Of a DNA stretch of 64,000 nt, positions 13,770 to 27,069 are shown piece after piece; the first letter of the stretch is position 1; each line of letters begins with the position of its first letter. Under the pieces are notes generated by a model. The model did not search any database, was not told the origin of the DNA, and was given only the letters and a program-made list of their open reading frames with translations. This DNA is from Hormiphora californensis. Its lineage: Eukaryota; Animalia; Ctenophora. The stretch lies in NCBI GenBank assembly GCA_020137815.1, contig CM035356.1, positions 620,001 through 684,000 of the forward strand. The letters are read 5' to 3'. The translations under genes were made by a program, and so were the position numbers.

Positions 13770-15323
13770 GTGTTATATTAGTTTGGAAGGAGAAAAGAAA
13801 GACTTGGTTACCATGACAACAGTGATACCACAACAACCCAGCTATATAGTAAACACACTATCTCTCTCTCTCTCTTTGTTTGACATTTACTGATCTGTTG
13901 CCTTTCTACTCCTTTTATAGGTTCCTGTAGCTACATCTTCTGTCACTCCACTATGTGTGTGATTTACATGTATTGAGTTACTAACACAGGTTGTGCTCCC
14001 CCGCTGTTGGGATGGTGGCAGCGTGTAACCATGGCAACACCTTCATACATGTGTTTCTGCCTTCTAGTAGTGGTAGAGTTCACCAGTTGGCAAGGTACCC
14101 AACCTGATGCCCACTCTGATACCATTCTATTTAGTTACTACGGATGCGTTACAAATGTGTAATAATCTTGAAACATCTCCTTTGCCTATGGAGTGAATTA
14201 GTTTATGTTCCAGTTAAATATTCCTTTTTACAATTCCACACACATGTATAAACATTAGGAACCTGTTATTATGGTACAGTTTACACCATGGAATGGTGGT
14301 ATGTGGAAGGAGTGTTGACTCAGTTTTGTAACTATTCCATGAGCGTGTTGAATAGGGAATATCTCACAATTGAATTACACACGCATCCAAACACGGCATT
14401 GTTGTTGTGTGATATATTTCTGCAGCTCTCCGGCGCCAGGAGAAAGAGAGTCTATACCGGGTTAGATCCATCTAACAGTTGATAATATGGTTACCTCCTC
14501 ATTTCACGTTGATAATATGGTTAGTAACCACAGTGGTTACATTTTACTGTGTATCACAATGTATCACCTGACCATATGAAATGTAACCAGAACCTGACGT
14601 GAAATGTAATCAGAACCCTGCCTGATACTCAGATAGTAAGTGTGACTTCCCTTATGGTAAGGGCGTTTGAAAAATGTGAATGAGTAGGTAAAATAAGAAA
14701 TTGGGGCGGAGCGGTTTAAAAACTCAGTACAGAATTAATAATTCTGAATTATACGAGTTATCATACTTATCTCTCGATACTTAATAAAGCGTGTGGAAGC
14801 GTAGTATAGCTACCATTAGAACATAGATCACTATTATCCCATAATGTTCATAATCTTCTGAAGAAGATGTTGTTCAATGTGTACTACACGTGCTGAGTAA
14901 GACCAGCAATGGATGGTATCATGTTGAACGGAGAATAAGAAATTGAGAAAAACCAGGGACACCCATGTCCCATTACCCAAATTTCTGAATTGTACCCAGC
15001 ATATACACTATCAGTGTAAATGCAATACTGTGTGTGTTAAATTGAATTTCCCCCATACCCACCCTCGCATCTAGCAACATGCATGTTTTAGACTAGTCTA
15101 CACAGGGCAGCAGCATGCCTTTATATCTCACCAGTCTGCACCCGGGGTTATAACTAAAAAACAGCAGCATAAGCGGGGGCGTAATAGCAGCATGGGTAAA
15201 ACAGCAGCAGCGGGGTGTAGTAACAGCATGTCTTGGTACACAACTTACATGCAAATATATCAGGTTGACAATTAGAATCAGGGGGTGGTTCACTCTAAAT
15301 TAGAGATCTGATAGTTCCACAAC

Positions 15324-16804
15324 TTATCCAGACATTAAGAGTAGCCACACTAAAATCATAACACATGTCACTGCAGATATAGCACATACTCTTCTTTTCC
15401 TGTCATTCCATCTCATCTTATCATCATTCTTATTGAACCATGCAGATGTACGTTTTATTAAACTACTGACACTGCTATTGGGGCTGTCCAAGTTGAATGT
15501 TTGGAGAAAGTCTTCCATGGGAGCTTGGAACATGTTTATCTCCAATGGTTTAGAGTGGTAGGCATCCAGTTTAGGTAGGGAGATACCCTGTCAAGTAGTG
15601 GTAGAGGAGAAATATTGGGAAAATATTGGGTCCAGTAGTCTGTCGGGCCAATGAGCTCTGAGTAGTTGTGTTACAGGAGATGCCGAGAAACGAATAAATG
15701 TTATTTGAGTAGAGTATGAATAGTAGTTTTGGTTCTAATGATGGCATCCAAATTTTAGTTCCTGGCCGAATGACTTTCAAGGAATTCAATTTGTTCCCCT
15801 GGCTCCACACCCAAACATCACACACGTATAAAGAGTGTTATTTTGCATAACCCTGGAATGAATTCAAGTAATATTATTTATGAATTATCACACCTCACAC
15901 ACACACCTCACTCTCGTATCCCAGCTCAATATCTTCCATGGTCATGTACCTCTAGTATAATATTAGGTTAGAAATACCTCTAACTATATACAGGGTTTAA
16001 TTAGAGCTTTGGGTTTCCAAATGTTGGAAAAGAGAAAGAGATAGATCTAATCACAATGTTAGAAGCTGTATGTGCATTCTGTCAACACTATAACCTACAC
16101 AGTTGACAGTGACCTACCAAAGACTGGAAAAAGTAACTTATATATCTCAGCAGAGAGAATTATTAACTTGACGGATAAACTGTACCTTTTTAAGGGGCAC
16201 GCAAACATGGGCATTTTCCGCTCCTAAACCAAGCTGGTGAAGTGATAATGTCACTGTCGTTATTGTATCATGCTCTGAAACATATACGTGACGTCATGAT
16301 CTTTATAAAAATCACCAAGATTTCAAGTAAAAGTTTTACCCAGTGCTGAAACCCGACTTTTACGTACCTCTTGGGAAAGTTTGAATGACACACCCCGAAT
16401 CATGTCCTTTGATCTTAGAAAGAAGCTCGTTTCTCAACTCCTCGTGGTGCTCATGATGCTCGTGATCATTATCGTGTACTAGAACTACCTGGACAAACGC
16501 ACTGAAATGGAGTCAAGATCAGCGATTTGTTACCGTTCGTAAAAGAAGACGAGGTTGCGATCTAAACTTAACCGGTAGAACTCGGCATCAGAGCACGATT
16601 TGTGATGGGCATTGGCCACTTACGGGTCTTCAGGTGATCTATTCCAACTCCCTGATGCCGCTTTTGTTGGCTGCATCTCCATCTCATCAACTGAAACGAT
16701 CGATACATTAAGAAAGTCGATTTCCGTGTGTTTCTCCCCACCTTTTGGGTACTTGACTCACCCGCAGCCTGGTTTGGAAGGACCTGGACCTCCACTGGTG
16801 ACAT
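15324..16804 (-). CDS. Anoctamin N-terminal-like domain protein with a single C-terminal hydrophobic helix (tail-anchored), paralog 7
   Basis: Six phase-compatible exons: 16804-16762, 16690-16624, 16501-16368, 16274-16186, 15951-15907, 15587-15324. VQVVLVHDNDHEHHEHHEELRNELLSKIKG...ITTVTLSLHQLGLGAENAHVCVPLKK...MFQAPMEDF...RKRRVCAISAVTCVMILVWLLLMSG*. Confidence 0.55.
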
Positions 16805-17289
16805 GTCCTCAGTTGACAACCGTGGATAGATACCCAGGGTAGCTCTATTTGTTTACTAACTCCTAGGCTCCGTTGTAAACTAATTAAAACTAGGGCGTTC
16901 CGTGTTTTCACTTTTCACGGTTTTTCGCGCTTTTTTAACAACTTCAAAAGAAGATTTCTTCGATACGAGATCAGATTATCTTTGCACGGCGGAGACAATA
17001 AACACGTAACGCGCGGAGTTCTACAACTTAAAGCGGCATTTCAAACGCGCGCGCTTGAAAAAGTTATTGCCAAAAACAAAACTTCTTTTTCCGGACTTTC
17101 TCGTTTTCAAAGTTTTTTCTTTTTCATTTTTCAGGTCCCTTTGGCGTCCTCACAACTCTTCAGAGGTCACCCGGTCCTTTTTACGGCACCTTTTTTACGG
17201 CACCTTATTTGCCTTTGAGCATACTATGTTTGACTGTTTGTGAGGGGTATGTTGGATTGTTCGAATGGACTGACACCATTTTATGTTGA

Positions 17290-17672
17290 TAAACATTCAT
17301 TCATAAACATTCATAAATAAATTAAGCATTGTACACAAAGTTTCAGCTCAAAAAGAGCTAACACTCAGACACCAAAAGGAATCGGGTTTTAATGGGCAGC
17401 CAAACAACATAGAAAAGCAAAACACCCCTGAATGATTTACTCTCTGAAAACACTCGGATCGTTTCTCCAATCCAACAGGGAGTTACTGTTCTGAACACTA
17501 TACCCACGAACCGGTGGCTGGTCAGGGATGGTGGACAGATATTTACCGAGCGACTGCTTTAGCTCGAGTAGGGAAGCTGAAGATCTCACTACCCGAGGCA
17601 CTGCATTCCATAACTGAGCTCCTTTTACGCCGAATGATGAGTCATAGGGGCCAGAGATGGATTTTTGGGCCA
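17290..17672 (-). mobile_element. 5'-truncated CR1/L2-like LINE fragment (ORF2 C-terminus plus 3' tail)
   Basis: SFGVKGAQLWNAVP...LGKYLSTIPDQPPVRGYSVQNSNSLLDW is homologous to the ORF2 end at 37490-37700. Short tandem tail (taaacattca/ttca repeats) near 17290. Confidence 0.85.
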
Positions 17673-17713
17673 TATATAGTATATTATATGAAGTATATAT
17701 TATATGAAGTATA

Positions 17714-18950
17714 CTCGACCAAAACGCGGAGTTTTTACGTCAGCCGACCCGAAACCTGATTAAATTTGGCCACCCGCTGGTCTCAGGGCCTCCAAATATG
17801 TCAAAATATGTCTGAGTTGTCATTTGGGGTCATTTAGACCTTTTAATTACATGTAATTACCCTATAATTACATGTAATTACATTTTAATTACATGTAATT
17901 ACTTCCAATTACATTCCAATTACTTCAGCCACTCGAGAGCTTTCGAACGCACCCTAGAACACCTTTCTACTCCTTCTAATTGCCGAGTTCTGTATACCCC
18001 TTATTTTGACTGTTTTTCGCGTCCTACCCCTTATAGGTTTGGGTATGGCCATCGCCACACCCCCTATACGTCGCGGGACCTCGAGACCTTTCCAACGAGC
18101 CATAGAACACCTCTCTACTACTTCAGGGGGCTTCAAAACTTTCACTCTAAAAATATCTATGGTTTATGGTTATGGTTTACCTCGACCAAAACGCGGAGTT
18201 TTTACGTCAGCCGACCCGAAACCGGATTAAATTTGGCCACCCGCTTGTCTCAGGGCCTCCAAAGATGTCAAAATATGTCTGAATTGTCATTTGAGGTCAT
18301 TTGGACCTTTTAATTACATGTAATTACCCTATAATTACATGTAATTACATTTTAATTACATGTAATTACTTCCAATTACATTCCAATTACTTCAGCACCT
18401 CGAGAGCTTTCGAACGCACCCTAGAACACCTTTCTACTCCTTCTAATTGCCGAGTTCTGTATACCCCTTATTTTGACTGTTTTTCGCGTCCTACCCCTTA
18501 TAGGTTTGGGTATGGCCATCGCCACACCCCCTATACGTCGCGGGACCTCGAGACCTTTCCAACGAGCCATAGAACACCTCTCTACTACTTCAGCGGGCTT
18601 CAAAACTTTCACTCTAAAAATATCTATGGTTATGGTTTATGGTTATGGTTTATGGTTATGGTTATGGTTTTTTTTCATCTGGTATTAAGGGCCTGTCGGC
18701 TCGGCCCCGTTGTTTTAGTTTTAGGGGGGATGTTTTAGTGGGGATGGGTTGAGTTTGGGTTATATTCGGGTCGGGGGGCCTTACCAGGCCCCGAATGGTT
18801 ATGGTTATGGTTATGGTTATGGTTTTTTTTTCATCTGGTATTAAGGGCCTGTCGGCTCGGCCCCGTTGTTTTAGTTTTAGGGGGGATGTTTTAGTGGGGA
18901 TGGGTTGAGTTTGGGTTATATTCGGGTCGGGGGGCCTTGCCAGGCCCCGA
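17714..18950. mobile_element. Composite repeat: two tandem ~467-bp units, (GGTTAT)n spacers and two ~130-bp hairpin-ended units, flanked by a 19-bp direct repeat; possibly non-autonomous Helentron/HINE-like
   Basis: Units start ctcgaccaaaacgcgg at 17714 and 18181. The duplicated ORFs in the track are 467 apart. atatattatatgaagtata occurs at 17695-17713 and 18951-18969. Terminal hairpin ggggcc-N6-ggcccc. Confidence 0.6.
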
Positions 18951-19002
18951 ATATATTATATGAAGTATATTACAAAGTTAGAACGTAAAATAGATGATAT
19001 AC

Positions 19003-19218
19003 TCGGATTTTTTGAAACTGTCACCCCCCTGAAATAACAAAATTTGTCATATCTCCGGTTCCTGATAAGATAGAGACTTAAAATTTGGAGGTTCGGAAGA
19101 ACTTAGCAAGATCTTCGTAACTTCCAAATTTCAAGTCTCTATCTCATCAGGAACCGGACTTATGGTCATTTAAACAAATTTGAAAACTCTAGGGGGGTGA
19201 CAGTTTCAAAAAATCCGA
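19003..19218. mobile_element. Short foldback MITE-like element
   Basis: tcggattttttgaaactgtcacccccct ... aggggggtgacagtttcaaaaaatccga, with inner arms also complementary. Confidence 0.75.
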
Positions 19219-21404
19219 TTTTAGTTGGAATAAATATATATTCTTTATTTTTAAATTCATTGCATTGGACACAGCCCACAGGCTTGAAATGCACTCAGTA
19301 CAGGGTGCAGCCCTGGATGTGTTCAAAGTTCGCATGATGAAATGGGTGAAGGGGATCTAGCTGAGTGGTAGCTTTTAATGTCCTTGTTTTGCTAAAAAAC
19401 GGGTTTATTTTAGGATGGAATAATGCGACCTTATATCACGGACATCCATCTACACTGGCTTGTCGCAACTTTCACTTTTAACCCAACCACCCCTGCTGTA
19501 CACAACACTCTTCCTACCGCAACCAGTAAGTTAAAATTCTGGGAGAATTCAAAAATCCCTGATATCAATATTAGAATCAAACTAAAAGTTATAATATGCC
19601 TCTATTATAGAGGACCGACTTTGTAAGTTCATTCAATCGGTGGCCAGTTGGCTCCATGCTTACATATCTCTTTCACCGATAGTGGTTAGATGTTAAATAC
19701 CACTACTTTTGATACAATATATCACATTGTTCACACCGCCCTTTATTTCATGACTGGAATGGTAAAGAGCACTTTCCAGGACTAGCTGGTACATATTGGG
19801 AAGCATTGCTTTTAACACTCCTCCTCCGTTTATATATCACCAGTACCATGCCCTTTACTTCTGTTTAGCTCGCTTGTGACTGTCACGGCTTGTTGCAGTT
19901 GTGTGGGATCTTGTCTGCTAATGTCTCTACAACAAGCAATGTTTTAACACATCCCACCACCACCACTACACAACAACCTTCCTATCACTTTTAAATATCT
20001 ATATTGGTCCTTCTTCTCTTTATCATTCACTATCATAATCCCACTCTGTCTTGGATACGGAATATAATGGAGGCGGCTTGCCCTCTGTCGGATCGGATAA
20101 TGGAAATATTGGAAATAACATGTTGTACATGTAGCCGCGTAATGAGTGATGGTTAGACACATTGAGATTAGTAGGAACATCGTGGGCGCTCTAACTCACT
20201 TTCTTATGTTTCATGTCTGACACCAGCCCCCTCCTCCCACGCTCCCTCTTCTAAGAAGGACCTGTCCAAATCTGATGCATAATTCAAATTAATTCATGTT
20301 CCTTCTCTCAGCAATTCAAGCAGAGGAGGATCACCTGAGGAAGTCAGATAAGCGTGCACTCCGGGAACGTATTAAATCAGAACCAGGGGCAAACCTAACA
20401 CCAAGTCATCGGATTATTCTGGCACGGAGCCCAACTTCTCGTTCTTCTTCTTCTTCTTCAGCAAGGTAACTATCAGTTCTGGTAACTGTTATTATTTCTG
20501 GGAAGATTATTAACTGTGTCCGACGTCAATCGCCCTGTTGTAATCTGGTCAACTAGTTGAATAGAGGCGTAACACACTTCTCACACACTTCTCACATATG
20601 ATGGAAGCAATTGCAGTCAGAATTCCACATCATAGACTGGGAGAAAAAGAGAGAAGCATGTAGAGGGAGAGAGATGGGAAGAGAGAGGGGAAGAGACTGA
20701 GGGGAGAGAGAGGGGGGAGAAAGAGAGAACATATATATTGACAGGAGCTATGGGATGGTAAAAGTTACCACCATGTTTGGCAATAATTGTCTGGATTTTC
20801 AGGACAATCTCTGCCTGAACAATGAGTCCACCACACCCCAGCTGTCTAATAGGATGACGGTAAGACGGTGTCTGATTGTGGTTTTTGACAACCCTGTGTG
20901 TGTCTTCTTGTGTTCCTTTACTTCAATTGATGTTTTTATTTTCGTCTGGTGATTTTTGTGTGTGAGACACCCACTCCTTTTCTTTTGTTACGTCACAATT
21001 TATGTGTTTTTGCAGCATGCAGCTCATTGCAAGATTTCCTCTTTATTTATACGTTGAAATAATTTCCACAGTACTCAGTCTCACACTTTTTGTGCTGTTT
21101 AGTCATAGCTTTTACCACCAAAACAAACACGATTCCACGCACATACACATTGCTCGCACCCAGACTTCCGCATCTCTCTCCCTCTCTTTCTATCTCTCAT
21201 ACTCTCTCTTTCTCTCTGCGTGTCTCTCTCTTTCTTTCTCTCTCTCTCTCTCTCCCTCTTTTCTCTCTCACTCTCTTTGCCTTTTTCTCCCTGTCTTCAT
21301 TTCTCTTTGCAGAGCTGGTCGTGTTGTTACATTCTTCCTTTCCTCTTGAATTATATCTGATTTTACTCCATATTCCTCTTTATTCCATTAGTTTTTGTAG
21401 CATT

Positions 21405-22875
21405 ATGTCGGAAGAAGATAATGTGGAGACCGCTCCAGCTGAGGGTGGGGTCGTGGAAGAGAACATGAAATCTGGAGGGGAAGAAGGAGATGAATCTGCT
21501 GAAAGTACCCATGACTCGAACGGTGAAAACCTTGAAAAGAAAACCGATAAGAAAGATGTATCTCGAGTTGAAAATGTAATAGAAGCTGAGACGATATGCA
21601 ATCAAAAGAATGAAAAAGAGGGGAACCAGGAAAAAGACGCTGGCAAAGGAGAACCAGAGAAAGAAGATGAAGAACCAGGGACAGATGGAAATGACGGAAA
21701 TAAAGAAGAAGGTACAGATGCTGAAAAAGAGGATGAGAATGAAGAAAAGAAGAAAGAAGACAGCATTAGGGATCCCAAAAAGGAAGAAGCAGACAAAAAG
21801 GAGAAGGAAGATCACAAAGAAGATGAGGGGAGGGAAAATAATGATGAAGATGAGAAGAAGAAACAGTTTAAAAGCCAGTTGAGTAACATGATCATTGTTC
21901 CTCGCGGCCAGGACCCTCCTTCCAATAACTCTCAGGCCCAGGAAGAGGAGGCTGCTGAAGAATTGGAGAAATGGGAAGAAAAAGAGGACACAGAAGAGAA
22001 ACCAGGACATCAAAAAAAGGGAAAAGGTAATAAAGCTCGAGATGATCATCTTGCTATGCTCCCTCTTTTTCTTTCTCAATCCTATTCATTTTGCTGTCTG
22101 TTTGCATGATTAGTGGTCAAGTTAGGTGGGTCTCGTCGGTGGCATTAACCACACATGCTACTTAGACATGCCACCTACCGTGGCGATGTTGTTGAAAAGT
22201 TAATGAAATTGACCGCAACTTGAAAAGAACAGATCTGATTTGTCTGTTTGTTTGTCAGTGTCTCGAAACCAAATACCAATGCCAACGCACCCGGCAACAT
22301 ACAAACGACCCCTCCCAGTTCCCGGACCCCTCTTATAGTACATAACTATTTTAACCATGTTCTCGTCTGAGTATTTGACACGACAGCAGCACATGTATCG
22401 TGTGGTACTTTGTACGGATAGCAGCACATATCTCCATCGCAACTAACGTACTTGGCGTGTACAACTGCAGTATACCACTAAATAATAGTAGACATCTTCA
22501 CATAATTCATCTTCACCCCCTGCCGGCCTGTCAGATCAGTGATGTGATCCCACTGGGGTGGTACCTCACATTGTGCAGGAGGGAGGAGGAACATGACATG
22601 TACCAATATAATGAGGCTTGTTTTAGCGATGATTGATAATGCAATGATATTGTCAACAGGTGTATAGTATGCAAATTGCAAAATACAGAATCAGAAAAAA
22701 CGGTCATGTGTCCTAAATCCTGATAACTTTGTGATAAGCTTCCTTTAGCTGCCGACATGTGCTAAGTATAACAGCTGAGAGAAAGCATCTCTCTATCTCC
22801 CTGTATCTCTCTCTCTCTCTCTCTATCTCTGTCTCTCTATCTCGCTCTGTCTCTCTCTCTCTCTCTGTCTCTCTC

Positions 22876-22935
<60 letters not shown>

Positions 22936-25163
22936 ATTCCTATCCTGGGAGAAGAAGGGGAGTTGTATGTATTCAATTCTAAGATGGCCTATCGGTCTTT
23001 CTCTCTCTCAAGCTCTCAAATCCAGTCGTTCTCACTCACACACTTCTTCTTTTTTCACTCTTCCTCCCTCTCTCTCACTCTTAGTTTAGTGTGTCCTTCC
23101 TTCCCCTGTCATTGCTCGTACATCAGCTAGTCAGATCTCTCTCTTCCTCGCTTCCCTTCCTCATAAAAAGGTAGGTTGGTCTCTATAAATAAAGGGTTAT
23201 CTAAATGCTAATTTACTATTCATTTTGATGCTTGCATGCTCTACTAGATCATCCTATGCCGATAGTTCAATGCAAAATATATCCTACAGTCTACTTTTAC
23301 TCCGTCTCTGAATAAGAATATTATACAGTGGTATAGTAGCTAGGTTGCTTAATGGGTAGCGCCTAGCGGTTTTTGCAGGATGCAGGTAAAGGTATACCCA
23401 AATAAGGATGCAGCAAGGATAACAATCAATGTATGCTTATTTGGTGACGCAGACGGGATGAAAATCATTGACCTACACGTCACATGTTTGTTGCTGATTT
23501 TTACACCTTTATATGAAGTGTCTAGATATCTTTTCATCTCTTTCTCTCTCTCTCTTTCTCTCTCTCTCTCTCACTCTCTCTCTCTTCCTTCTATGACGAG
23601 TGGTAGTTTTGTCACCTGCTCAACAGACAACTTCAATTTAGATACTTTAGCAGTTCTGTATTTTGTATACTTTGCTACACAAATCATTCTGCTTTATAAG
23701 CCAGTTGGTATCTAGCTACCCAGTCGTTTTGTCTCTAATTTGTAAATTCGTGGAATCCAATATCTCATCGTATTATACTTTTTGCCTACTACTACTAGTT
23801 AAACAGATGATAGCCATGCAAGGTATATTGAGTGTTTTTTCAAGCCTTCTGTTCCTCCTGCTGCAGATGTGTGATACAATTTTCATGCTCTACTCCTCTC
23901 TCTATCCACCTTTCTCTGCTTCTCTCTCTGTTCCTCACACAATCTCACACTTCTCTCACACAATCTCTAAGAGAGATAGTACTCTGCTTGTCACATGATA
24001 ACATAGTATATTAAAACTAAAAACAATATCCGATAATATTGATGCATAACAAGTTGCCGGTCAGGTGGGGTACGCTTATAACTTTGACATTCTTTATGAC
24101 TCATAACTATAACTCGCCGACATAGGCTCGATTTGAAGCTTTTCTCATGCGATATCCACTATGTCGGGGAGACAAGAGAGAGAGCAGTATTTTGTATGGT
24201 CTATTCAGTGCAAACAATAATGATTCATAGTGATACATGCAGCTGTCCAATAGACATGTTTGTCCATCAAATAATGTCAAAATATCTTTCCATTCTATCC
24301 TATGTCATCTTCAACTAAATTAAATACACAAACCCCAACCCCCCACGATATTAGGCCCCAAATGTTCCTCTTTTCAGTAAGGTTCTTAATTTCCACAGTT
24401 CAAAACTGTTCTGCTCTACTGATTTCATTCAATTAATTCATCCTCGATGAGCTCAATTCATTGTACAGACTGCACAAAACAAGAATTATTTAACTGTGAA
24501 TGAATGAATGGTGCAGCATCGGAAAAAAGTTGTGCATGAGTGAAATATTATGTACTGCACGTGTGTGTCTCTCTCTCTTCCACTCTTCCACTCTTTCTCG
24601 CTATGAATTGCTTGAAAGATGGGTGGGGAGTGAACTAACAGAATTATCTCACTAACCCTACCCTCTCCCTTTCAGATTCGGACATGTTTTTCAAAGGTCT
24701 CTTTTCGAAGGGTAAAGACCAGCCAGACCAGGCTCATGGATCCAGCGAACAACAACACAGCTCCCCGAGCAAGAAACCAGGATTCCAGCTATTTAGATCA
24801 GTCAGGAAGGCTTATAACAAAATGAAGAAGGGTGGAAACAGCAGACCCTCCTCGTCACCAATGCCCAAGATTCTAGAGGGGTTAGATGAGGATTTGGAGC
24901 CCGCTGCTGTTGTTATTGATGTTAGAAAGGGAAGGACAAGAGGGCCACAGGGTCGGAAGCGGCTCTCTCACAGGCCATTCTCTACAGTATCACTAGATAT
25001 TGATCTAGTGGCCGAATGTGAGAAAGATGAGGGTGAGGAGAAAGAGATAGAGGTCACAAAACCCATCTCACCAGTGGACAATGAATTAACAGTAGACAGT
25101 AGTGATGGTGCCAGGGCCGTGGCCCCATCGGGGGGAGATAGTGGGGGCAAGGATTCAGACTGA
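21405..25163 (+). CDS. Acidic/charged low-complexity protein of unknown function (2 coding exons)
   Basis: Exon 21405-22026 (E/K/D-rich) ends at a phase-1 donor gtaata, which fits the tttcag acceptor at 24676 and continues in frame into ORF 24684-25163. Confidence 0.55.
22788..22933. repeat. (TC)n microsatellite
   Basis: Visible run. Confidence 0.95.
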
Positions 25164-27069
25164 GAATGAAACTTTTTTGTACCAACATATGCTTTTGAGA
25201 GTGAGCCAGTTTTTCACGTTTATTTTTCCCTGTATAGCGATATGATATCGCGTAATATGCGATGTGAGATATTGTTACATTTTGTTGCTTTTTCAAAATT
25301 CGTTTCATCTCCTTTTCTCTGGTATAAAATGGACCCCTACTTTACATGCAATGATGCTCCGGACCTCTGTATCAAATCAGGGAGCTGCATAGAGAGAGGG
25401 TCGAGCAAGCTGTAACCTGGTAATGACCTCTCAGCTTCCCCTCCCTCCTGCACTAGGAGGTTGTAACGCGCGGTGCATTCAGCCTGACTGGAGTGGCAGT
25501 GTGAGCATCTGCTGCGACAGCCGCACCGCGCGTAGGGTGGTCCAACCTCTGACGCGCGGCGTCCCGGAACAACAGCTGCAATTCTGTCTGGCGGCACGGG
25601 GGATCAACCCAGAAAGCTGCAATTCGGACAATCTGGAGGTGTTATGTATACATCGGGACAGGATAGCGAGCTACCAGGAACATCTGGACATGCTATGAAT
25701 TACAAGCAGTCTCGAGAGTCGAGACCAATAGAGCACCCTCTTTTTCAGTTGACTCAACGGTTAACAACTGGGTTAACCTCTCATTAGAATGAAACTGAGT
25801 TTCTTGGCCCTGTCTGGCGGCACTAGACCCCGATTTGATTCTCAGACCCCGATTTGATTCTCAGACCTCAGTGCGCTGAGATGTGGCCGCGGCGCCAGAA
25901 GTGGGAAGTCTTGGCCAGAAAGGAGACATTCGACAAACTTCCAGCATCAACAGAAACATTGCATGATGCCATCTTGCAAGATATGCAATGTTTCTGTCTC
26001 ATTGTCAGTGCGATGATTCTCATTTCCTGCTACAGATTCGAATGGTGGCGCGCACAACAAATGCTAACAATACCAGCGCGTGATTGGCCTGCCACCTCCG
26101 CGCCTTACATTCAGTTACCCAAACTTGTTCCTTCTTACAGCTGCAGTTTACCAAATTCTCTGACAGATCACAAAATGTGACAGTCTTTTCTAGATAATTG
26201 AAGACGCTTCTACCACGAAATGATTTACCACTTACGATGTCCTGTAAATGACCAAATAATCGTGTATCATAAGTGAGGGGACATATTTTCATTAATCAAG
26301 ATGTATTGTATGGCTATCGTTACAAAATCACGTTACAAAATCTCTCTCTTTCTCTGCTTGGTTGGTTGAGCAACCAACAAAAACAATGTATCTCTATCAC
26401 ATTCAAGCAAAAAAAAAAACTTTGTACTTACACACGGACATACACAACAAGTGAGGTGGAGAGATATAGAGCAGAAGGGTGCGAGGTAAGGCATCATAAT
26501 AATAATATAGGGTGGTTTAGTTTTGCTATACAAAACGATTTTACACATAAACAGCCAGCAGCTAAGTATAGAACAATAACTGCTTATCAGGCCTTCCCCC
26601 TCTCCCCCTTTAATTGGGGCGCCTAGGAAGGTCATAATGACAATTCGAATTCCTCTCAAGAGAAAAAGGGAAAACCTGACAAGATGTAGCAGCAGTAGCA
26701 ATATTATATGCCCCAAACAAAACAACGAAATGCTAAAAAATAATATGGATATATGGATATGGGTCAGAGAAAGTGAACACGGGCTTTTTCTTAATTTCTA
26801 ATGTCACTCAAATTATATTTCCCTCTTTTACATAAAAAGGCTGGAGAGAGACATTGCAAAAAAACAAATTTCTCATGTCTTTTGGATGATTTTGGGGGGA
26901 AAACACAAAAAATTCACTCACACTCACACAGAAAACCTCACATTTTCCCTGGTTTTCACGGACAAGAATATACACACGAACACGAGAACTATATAATTGA
27001 AATGATAGACAGAGTGACACTCTGTAATTGAGTAGTACCTCAGTAAACACAGAAAAACACACCCTCCAT

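Noticed and set aside
18627-18825. (GGTTAT)n as an interstitial telomere, or a ribozyme in the adjacent hairpin unit
   Set aside because: The unit is not TTAGGG, and no hammerhead core (CTGANGA...GAAA with stems) could be assembled
21363-22079. 238-aa hydrophobic Phe-rich ORF on the minus strand
   Set aside because: Antisense shadow of the E/K-rich plus-strand exon
25330-26200. GC-richer stretch with short ORFs and a 19-bp tandem duplication (~25825-25866)
   Set aside because: No recognisable domain, termini or splice-consistent frame; possibly a decayed repeat
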